A program made the translations under genes and the position numbers. Source: Nanopusillaceae archaeon (GTDB lineage: Archaea; Nanobdellota; Nanobdellia; Nanobdellales; Nanobdellaceae). Taken from it: DNA of 16,510 bases. Within the stretch, counting starts at the first letter, position 1. Every line of letters begins with the position of its first letter. Location: positions 1 through 16,510 of the forward strand of contig JBMFJL010000008.1 of NCBI GenBank assembly GCA_049973735.1. The letters run 5' to 3'. Under the pieces are notes generated by a model. It saw only the letters and a program-made list of their open reading frames with translations. It had not been told where the DNA came from and did not search any database. Of the stretch, positions 7,965 to 14,263 are shown piece by piece.

Positions 7965-9434
7965 TTATGTAGTAACATTCTGTATAGCAAATACTTCAAG
8001 TTTTGGAAAGGTTATTCCGTAAGGAGTCATTCCAAATGGTATATACATGAATCCATCTTGTGACCAATAGACACCTTCACATCCATCTCCATATTTACAA
8101 TTTCTAAACTTGCTTCCGCATGTGTTCGGATCTCTAGATACCAAGCGGTAATATCCTCCTCTTCTGAATTCTAAGCAGCCTGTAAGTTTTCCCCATGAGT
8201 TTTCAAGTATCCAGCATTTGGGAGTTCCATATACTGTTTTACATAGTGTAGAATTTAGATCGTATCCTACTATCACCATTGCATGACCTGTGCTATTGTC
8301 TTCTGTTGTCATATTCTCAGGCAGATTTGGGTTTCCGGAAGGATAAGATTTTCCTCCAAGCATTCCACCAACTACTAGAGGACCATAACAAGCAATAGCT
8401 TTCACTAAATTATCGTTAGAAGACCATTTTAAGTTAATAACATTTTTTGCAAAATACTTTGGAGTGCCCCAGTTAGGATCAGGAATTACTGGAGCGCCGC
8501 ATACATTTCCGGGATAGTTATCAGAAGTTGGAGAACAAGTATATAAATAGTCTCTATATTTTTTATAATCTATATCTGCATGAACACCAAAATTAGTTGC
8601 ATACCTTAATGCTAAAGATGGAAGTCCACCCTTGCATCCCAGATTGAATTGACAATAAGCAGGAGCACCCGGAGCCATCCAATTGCAGTGAACTGCTAAT
8701 TCGTATGCTGCAATCCAAGGATTTTGTCCAGGTTTATCATTTCTAATCATATATACCGCATCTAAACCATTTGCAGTTGCATATGCCCAGCAATCTCCAC
8801 AAGATCCTTGTGATGTAATTGGTGGTAAGTAATTTTTACCATTTATATCCCCCCAAAACAATCTTTCTGGTGGATTGTTTGGATCTAAAAGGCAATCTGC
8901 GGAAAAGTTAATATTATTATTACCACCTCCACCACTACCTCCACCTCCACCTCCACCACCTCCGCCCCAATTGTTACTTATGTTGAAGCTATTTGGAAAT
9001 GAAGGTAAATTGGTATTGGATAGGTTCAAAGCACTTATATTTGTTGTAGTTATATATACAGTTCCGTTTGTTTTAACAAGATAAATAAAATTAACATATA
9101 GTAATTTATCTACAATTGTTCCATTATTAAATAATACTACAGTATTGTTATCAAAATCAATAGTATAATTTTTATTGTTGTATTCTACTATTAGCGAATT
9201 ATTTGATGAGTATAATATAACATTGCTGGGTAGTTCAATTTCAATATAAAAGTTTCCTGGAAAAGTATTTATGGTATTTTGTAAATTTTGAAGATTATAC
9301 ATAAAATTGTTGAATAACTGTTCTTGTTGGTATTTTTGAACATTAGTTGTATATTGATAATATATCAAAAATGCAGAACCTACAACTATTAATATTATTA
9401 CAGTATTTAGAAGGTTAATTTGTAACCTCCTCAT
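7965..9434 (-). CDS. Membrane-anchored papain-family (C1) cysteine protease fused to a pilin-like N-terminal module via a poly-Gly linker
   Basis: 489 aa. Residues 1-26 are MRRLQINLLNTVIILIVVGSAFLIYY (anchor). Residues 27-156 form an N/Y/I-rich beta-looking module. Residues 157-171 are G10-S-G4. Residues 172-489 carry the C1 signatures: Q209 (SQGSCGDCWAY), catalytic C215 (codon 8790-8792), H384 in GHAMVIVGYD (codon 8283-8285), and N412 in ENSWG (codon 8199-8201). It has 15 Cys in total. Confidence 0.85.
   Translation of the reverse strand: MRRLQINLLNTVIILIVVGSAFLIYYQYTTNVQKYQQEQLFNNFMYNLQNLQNTINTFPGNFYIEIELPSNVILYSSNNSLIVEYNNKNYTIDFDNNTVVLFNNGTIVDKLLYVNFIYLVKTNGTVYITTTNISALNLSNTNLPSFPNSFNISNNWGGGGGGGGGGSGGGGNNNINFSADCLLDPNNPPERLFWGDINGKNYLPPITSQGSCGDCWAYATANGLDAVYMIRNDKPGQNPWIAAYELAVHCNWMAPGAPAYCQFNLGCKGGLPSLALRYATNFGVHADIDYKKYRDYLYTCSPTSDNYPGNVCGAPVIPDPNWGTPKYFAKNVINLKWSSNDNLVKAIACYGPLVVGGMLGGKSYPSGNPNLPENMTTEDNSTGHAMVIVGYDLNSTLCKTVYGTPKCWILENSWGKLTGCLEFRRGGYYRLVSRDPNTCGSKFRNCKYGDGCEGVYWSQDGFMYIPFGMTPYGITFPKLEVFAIQNVTT
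8922..8966 (-). repeat. Low-complexity (GGN)n tract encoding G10-S-G4
   Basis: The plus strand is a 45-nt CCA/CCT/CCG run, the most G+C-rich stretch in the window. The antisense poly-Pro ORF at 8875-9084 is its shadow. Confidence 0.9.
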
Positions 9435-9458
9435 TATAAAAAATTATGATTGAAGGTT

Positions 9459-9466
9459 TTTATAAA
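9459..9466 (-). promoter_or_regulatory. TATA box for the protease gene
   Basis: The palindromic octamer TTTATAAA is centred about 28 nt upstream of the ATG at 9434. It lies immediately after the stop of the upstream gene, in a 34-nt gap. Confidence 0.5.
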
Positions 9467-9468
9467 TT

Positions 9469-9912
9469 TTAGGAGAGAGGTCCTAGGGAGATCTTAACCG
9501 TAGTTGGATTAGTTTTATTTATTATTAATTTGAGTATTTCATAGTCCTTTCCATAGTAAGCTGTATAATAAATTCCAGATGTATAATATCTAATCTTTCC
9601 ATCAGGAGTATCTATTACTATATTGCAATCTGATGTATGATTTAAAAATTGATCATATACATAACAAGAAATTATTTTATTATCTGATATTATATAGTTT
9701 AAATATTTGTTTGCTTGAAAATCTAAATATACTACTGTTCCTTGATTGGAAAAGCAAACCTGATCTATTTTATTAAAAAGTATTTGACATTGATTTATCT
9801 GAGTGTTAATCAATTGGAATTGCTCATTTGAATGGCTAAATTTAAAATATAAAAATAAAGCTAATCCGAAGGCAATTATAGATGCTATAACCCAAAACCA
9901 ATTTTCTGTCAT
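9469..9912 (-). CDS. Small N-terminally anchored protein (minor-pilin-like candidate)
   Basis: 147 aa. MTENWFWVIASIIAFGLALFLYFKF is a single N-terminal helix. It has 4 Cys at positions 42, 53, 83 and 96. The C-terminal part is beta-rich and Y-rich. Its ATG overlaps the upstream stop by 4 nt. Confidence 0.65.
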   Translation of the reverse strand: MTENWFWVIASIIAFGLALFLYFKFSHSNEQFQLINTQINQCQILFNKIDQVCFSNQGTVVYLDFQANKYLNYIISDNKIISCYVYDQFLNHTSDCNIVIDTPDGKIRYYTSGIYYTAYYGKDYEILKLIINKTNPTTVKISLGPLS

Positions 9913-10328
9913 TGTACTTTTAGATATACGTAATCTCCATCTTGGCTATAATACACTAAAACATAAGAATTTGGCGTTATAGTGTAATCGCATCTTTGAA
10001 TTACAACATTTTTATCTATACTTAATACTTTGCTTATAAGATCGCTACAAGTAAATGATTTTGTGCCTGTATATTGGATTAAATAACATAAACCTATTTG
10101 TCTATTTCTATAACAAGAAATTACATCTAAAGCTACTTTATCTATAGAATCAACACTAGTTTCTACAATAGTAGTTGCATATGAACTATTACTGAGCGTT
10201 CTACTAACATAATTGCTGGCACTATTCTTGATTGTGAATATTATACCTAGAATAACAACTGTTACTATTAATCCTATCAGTATTAAAAATGTTAGATTTA
10301 CTGGCATTTCTAGACTTTTCATTGCCAT
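9909..10328 (-). CDS. Small N-terminally anchored protein (minor-pilin-like candidate)
   Basis: 139 aa. The N-terminus is MAMKSLEMPVNLTFLILIGLIVTVVILGIIF. It has 4 Cys. It overlaps the upstream gene by 10 nt. Confidence 0.65.
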   Translation of the reverse strand: MAMKSLEMPVNLTFLILIGLIVTVVILGIIFTIKNSASNYVSRTLSNSSYATTIVETSVDSIDKVALDVISCYRNRQIGLCYLIQYTGTKSFTCSDLISKVLSIDKNVVIQRCDYTITPNSYVLVYYSQDGDYVYLKVQ

Positions 10329-10789
10329 AGTATAATTTTACTATTGTTGTATATTATAAATATGCTCTGACGTGGAGCTAAATAAGTACGATATTTTAGG
10401 TTTAATTCCAATTTTTTAGTATCGAAAGTTGTGTATTTATTTAAATTTGTTATTATATCATTTACATCTACATTTACATTTTCAGCTATATATAAATCAT
10501 AGCAAACATCTAGTAATTTATCAGTGTTTACATTCTTATTATAACAATTTAGTATATATCCTGCAATATCAAATGCAATTTCAGATTTGGTTTTATTTTC
10601 AAAGTATATTTTTATTGCTGAAGGATAGTATTCAGAACATTCTGGAGAAAAACCTCCTTGCGATATCAAGGTTTTACAATAATAGCCAGAAGACTTGCTA
10701 AAAAACATATTATACATTAAATAAGCCAATACACTAAATGAAATTATTCCAATTATAATATAGAATACTTGTTCTATTGCAATATTCAT
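10319..10789 (-). CDS. Small N-terminally anchored protein (minor-pilin-like candidate)
   Basis: 156 aa. The N-terminus is MNIAIEQVFYIIIGIISFSVLAYLMYNMFF. It has 4 Cys at positions 38, 51, 82 and 96, nearly the same spacing as the 147-aa protein. Its ATG overlaps the upstream stop by 4 nt. Confidence 0.65.
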   Translation of the reverse strand: MNIAIEQVFYIIIGIISFSVLAYLMYNMFFSKSSGYYCKTLISQGGFSPECSEYYPSAIKIYFENKTKSEIAFDIAGYILNCYNKNVNTDKLLDVCYDLYIAENVNVDVNDIITNLNKYTTFDTKKLELNLKYRTYLAPRQSIFIIYNNSKIILWQ

Positions 10790-11073
10790 ATGTATGATAT
10801 ATTTCCTTGATAAATATAAATTATTCTATAGCCAGAAGGTATTGTTATACCATTTATAGTACAGTTATACAATAAATAGACCTTTATATCTATTATTTTA
10901 TTAAAGCTCTCTTTGTAATAGTTCATAAGCTGATTGCAATCTATTGCTGGAATGTTTTCTTCGTTACTAACATAATTTTTAACTTTTCCCAAATAAAGAA
11001 AGGAGAATATACCCCCAATTATTATGAGTATTAATACAATTATCATCCAGTAAATATTAAATTGATTCTTCAT
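10786..11073 (-). CDS. Small N-terminally anchored protein
   Basis: 95 aa. The N-terminus is MKNQFNIYWMIIVLILIIIGGIFSFLYL. It has 2 Cys. Its ATG overlaps the stop of the 656-aa gene by 4 nt. Confidence 0.6.
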   Translation of the reverse strand: MKNQFNIYWMIIVLILIIIGGIFSFLYLGKVKNYVSNEENIPAIDCNQLMNYYKESFNKIIDIKVYLLYNCTINGITIPSGYRIIYIYQGNISYI

Positions 11074-13040
11074 GGAACAAACTTTTGTGGCAAATATGGG
11101 CCAAATATTGTAAATACCATTACTATACCCATTACTGTAAATATAGTATAAAATATTGTTCCTGTAATTAAATTTTTTCCAATATAATAAGAAATCATTG
11201 TTTTGTCAAAACCATATTTTATTCCAGCAGACATAAATGAAGTCAATACTACATATTCTACAAAAAATATTCCTATAATTGTTTGAAAATAAGATTGTGG
11301 AATTAAATTATACATATTAAATGTATTTAATATAAAGTCATGTAGTCCAAGGCCTCCTGGTAATCCTAAGGCCATACCTATGAGTTGAAAAAAATGTGCT
11401 ATAGCAAATAACATAGCTACTATAGCATTGTTAAATACTGTTACTATAGATGAGATAAGAGGAACCAAGTTTTTAGCAGTCATATCTAACATGCTAACAA
11501 TTTCATTTAATAGTTTTCTAACTTGATATCTTATATTAACGACATTTTCTAAGTTATATGATATATTATAAGTAATTTGTGATAAAACTTGTGGACCTTT
11601 TGGTAGGGAATATACTATTAATTGCATTGTTTCTCTAATCAATTTTGATGGATAAAAATTTAGTGATCCGAATCTCTGATGAAAAATAGAGTCATATAGA
11701 CTAAATCCCTTTCTTAAGTTATATAATGTTATCTTGAGAAAATTTTCCATAACACCACTAGATTTGATTATTTTATAGTTTTCATAGGTTTTATGTATAA
11801 CAACTTCCATAGGATATCCATCTTCTAATAATGAAGCAAATTCATATGTTACAATCGGAAATTCATTTTCCATTTCCTCAATTTCATTTATCCTTTTCAC
11901 TTTCTGAAAGGATATTAAATAAAAATAAGAACCTATTGCAAGACCTAAACCCAATGGTATAGTTAAAACTAATAAAGAATTGTGCAGTGCTCTGTCTTGA
12001 AATATTATATTTAGATATCCATTTTGGTCTCCAGGTGGTAAATATACTATTTTTATTGCTAGACTAATCAAGTAATATACCCCTATTGCTATTAAGGATA
12101 AAAACATTAGGGATATAACATATGCAGGAACTTCTTTATTTCCAATTCTGAATCTACCTTCTCTGGGTAAGTCTTTTGATAAAGACAAATCTGGAACTGC
12201 AAAAGCAAAAGGATTTTTGGATAATAAGTTTTGTATTACTAAAAAAGTCAATATTGGTAATATTATTATATAGCCAAATGCAATAAAATAAATACTAACT
12301 GTATTTAATATAAATACCGATAGTAATGGAAGCATAATTAAGCTAACCAATGGAAGCATTACTAAGAATGATACAATCATTGTGGCCGGTTCCTTCAAAG
12401 CTGCTACATAATTTTCTGATTTTTCTAATGATTTTTTCAATACCCAGTTTAATATTCTATCTACTAATTTATTTATTTCTTCTAAAGATGTTTTGTATTT
12501 TATATTTATTAAATGAGTCATTGCATAAACAAAGTCAGGATTCAAATAAAACCATCTATACTGATAATATTGTATTGCACTATCAAGTTCTTTGAATCTA
12601 CCAATTTCTAGATCATATATTAATTTTTTGAAATCCGTAGCAATTACTCCATTGAGATAATATGCAACATACTGTATAGCTTTCTCTAGATTGGGATTTC
12701 TCTTCAGATATAAAGATAAGTATAATACGATCCAAACAGATTCTGATGTAGCCTGAATTTTTACTATTTGTGTATAAAATATCGGATAGTACATTAAATA
12801 GAAATCAAGTATTAACAGTGAAATGAAGAGGGAAAATGCAAATTGAAATGATAAGAAACCGAGTATTACGAATAACAGTATTGATATTATAAATAAAGAT
12901 AAGGTGGAAGAAAAGATGTTCTCTGGGGTAGTATTTAATCTATTTAACCATAAATGGAATGTATATAATTTTTCAATTTTTTTTGGAGGTTTTACTTTAA
13001 ATATTATAAATCTGTTATAAAAAAATTCAAAAATATACAT
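11070..13040 (-). CDS. Polytopic membrane protein with FlaJ/TadC/PilC-like (T2SS-F-type platform) architecture
   Basis: 656 aa with zero Cys. By eye the layout is two repeats of a soluble helical segment of about 120-150 aa (residues about 90-215 and about 380-530), each followed by clusters of TM helices. This is the arrangement seen in archaeal FlaJ/PilC platform proteins. It lies directly after a pilin-like gene. Family membership was not verified by alignment. Confidence 0.45.
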   Translation of the reverse strand: MYIFEFFYNRFIIFKVKPPKKIEKLYTFHLWLNRLNTTPENIFSSTLSLFIISILLFVILGFLSFQFAFSLFISLLILDFYLMYYPIFYTQIVKIQATSESVWIVLYLSLYLKRNPNLEKAIQYVAYYLNGVIATDFKKLIYDLEIGRFKELDSAIQYYQYRWFYLNPDFVYAMTHLINIKYKTSLEEINKLVDRILNWVLKKSLEKSENYVAALKEPATMIVSFLVMLPLVSLIMLPLLSVFILNTVSIYFIAFGYIIILPILTFLVIQNLLSKNPFAFAVPDLSLSKDLPREGRFRIGNKEVPAYVISLMFLSLIAIGVYYLISLAIKIVYLPPGDQNGYLNIIFQDRALHNSLLVLTIPLGLGLAIGSYFYLISFQKVKRINEIEEMENEFPIVTYEFASLLEDGYPMEVVIHKTYENYKIIKSSGVMENFLKITLYNLRKGFSLYDSIFHQRFGSLNFYPSKLIRETMQLIVYSLPKGPQVLSQITYNISYNLENVVNIRYQVRKLLNEIVSMLDMTAKNLVPLISSIVTVFNNAIVAMLFAIAHFFQLIGMALGLPGGLGLHDFILNTFNMYNLIPQSYFQTIIGIFFVEYVVLTSFMSAGIKYGFDKTMISYYIGKNLITGTIFYTIFTVMGIVMVFTIFGPYLPQKFVP

Positions 13041-13047
13041 TCGAAAT

Positions 13048-13815
13048 CTATGGTGCCGGTGGTTGTGCTATTATACTGTATGGCATCTGGATTAATACTT
13101 TACATAAAGGTTCTTCACCATTTACTTTAAGTGCTGAACAAGATCCCTTTACATATAAAATACCATCCTTTACAGTTAATTCTAAGTTACCTCCTTTACA
13201 ATCATGATTATTGTAATATTGTAATATGTTATACAATGCTCCGAATATTTGGTTAGTGATCCATGTTGGTATATTTCCGTTGCATGCAGAAGTTGGTCCT
13301 GGATTTAATGCTTTTGATGGAGTATCGAATGATATCTTAATATCTCCAGGTGCCAGCGATACTTGTGTATATGTTCCAAATATTAATGCTGTAGCGTTTG
13401 CAGGATCATAGTATAGATCTGATATATAATGTTTACACAAGAAGTACATACATGCTAATGGAGTTATTTGAGTTCCTTGATATATACATGCTTGTTGTCC
13501 GCTTCCACTACTAGATCCCCATTGCTGTAATACTACACTACATGGAACAGCATTAGCACATACATAATATCCTGGAGATACTTCCTCCCATCCATTTCCA
13601 ACAGCAACATATTTTTGACAGAAATCTATAACACTATTACATGCATTTGTACAATCTGATACTGCTTGTGATATCTGTGTATTAGATAATTGTCCTATCT
13701 TTGATGCTTGCTGTGTAAATAGCTTTATTACTACTACTGCAATTATTAACATTATTAGTATTACAAAAACCAATTGTACTGCCATATCTATTGCCCTCTT
13801 TTTCATAATAATCAT
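13048..13815 (-). CDS. Pilin-like (class III signal peptide-like) Cys-rich secreted protein; first gene of the cluster
   Basis: 255 aa, starting MIIMKKRAIDMAVQLVFVILIMLIIAVVVIKLF. The basic head plus A|I plus a hydrophobic stretch of about 20 residues is a near match to archaeal prepilin-peptidase substrates ([KR][GA]|hydrophobic). It has 12 Cys. TATA spacing favours the fourth-codon ATG (13806) as the true leaderless start, giving MKKRA|IDM. Confidence 0.55.
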   Translation of the reverse strand: MIIMKKRAIDMAVQLVFVILIMLIIAVVVIKLFTQQASKIGQLSNTQISQAVSDCTNACNSVIDFCQKYVAVGNGWEEVSPGYYVCANAVPCSVVLQQWGSSSGSGQQACIYQGTQITPLACMYFLCKHYISDLYYDPANATALIFGTYTQVSLAPGDIKISFDTPSKALNPGPTSACNGNIPTWITNQIFGALYNILQYYNNHDCKGGNLELTVKDGILYVKGSCSALKVNGEEPLCKVLIQMPYSIIAQPPAP

Positions 13816-13829
13816 AAAATATCTGGGTA

Positions 13830-13837
13830 TTTATAAA
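13830..13837 (-). promoter_or_regulatory. TATA box for the cluster's first transcription unit
   Basis: This is the same palindromic octamer TTTATAAA as at 9459-9466. It is centred about 27.5 nt upstream of the ATG at 13806, but only 18.5 nt from the ATG at 13815. Confidence 0.5.
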
Positions 13838-13855
13838 TTTTTTATATAACTAAAT

Positions 13856-14263
13856 TCAATACTCTATTATAAATTCAAAGTTTTTTTCTTCTCTGATTTT
13901 ATCAATTATGCGTCTATCTATATCTTTTGCACTTTTATTAGCATATATAGCTAAAGTTCTCTCATCTATATAGTCACTTTTTCTAATTACAATGCTTCTC
14001 TCATTTTTTAAAATTAATTTTTTTGATCCATAAGCAACTATATCATCTATTAGATCATCTATCTTTATAATTATCCTTATTTTACCTTCATCTAGTAAAT
14101 GTTGTTTTAAATCGTCTGGTAGATCTTTTACAGAATGGGAAGAATTTATTCCAATAATACAATCTCCTCTTTCAGTTAAAAAATTGTCTTTAGTAATTTC
14201 TAGTGTTGATCTATGAGTTGCTTTAACTAGTTTATGTCCTTTTACATTAATTACGAACTTCAT
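13856..14263 (-). CDS. DUF371-like archaeal protein (hypothetical)
   Basis: 135 aa. ATHRSTLEITKDNFLTERGDCIIGINS matches my recollection of the DUF371 signature (aTHktT-E-Tkd..LT..GDCIiGv.a). It overlaps the upstream ATP-grasp gene by 17 nt. Confidence 0.55.
   Translation of the reverse strand: MKFVINVKGHKLVKATHRSTLEITKDNFLTERGDCIIGINSSHSVKDLPDDLKQHLLDEGKIRIIIKIDDLIDDIVAYGSKKLILKNERSIVIRKSDYIDERTLAIYANKSAKDIDRRIIDKIREEKNFEFIIEY

Noticed and set aside
8875-9084. 69-aa plus-strand ORF with a poly-proline run (PPPPLPPPPPPPPPPQ)
   Set aside because: It is the antisense shadow of the G10-S-G4 linker inside the 489-aa protease gene. It has no independent support, and the protease frame carries strong family motifs.
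1220-13411. Other short ORFs from the track lying inside longer genes, antisense or in another frame on the same strand: 1220-1408 (+), 2056-2256 (-), 2746-2934 (-), 3360-3620 (+), 3485-3727 (+), 6412-6642 (+), 7189-7398 (-), 10429-10701 (+), 12350-12595 (+) and 13226-13411 (+)
   Set aside because: Each lies entirely inside a longer ORF that has a recognisable family signature or coherent membrane/secretory architecture. All are 61-90 aa with L/I/F/Y-rich shadow-frame composition.
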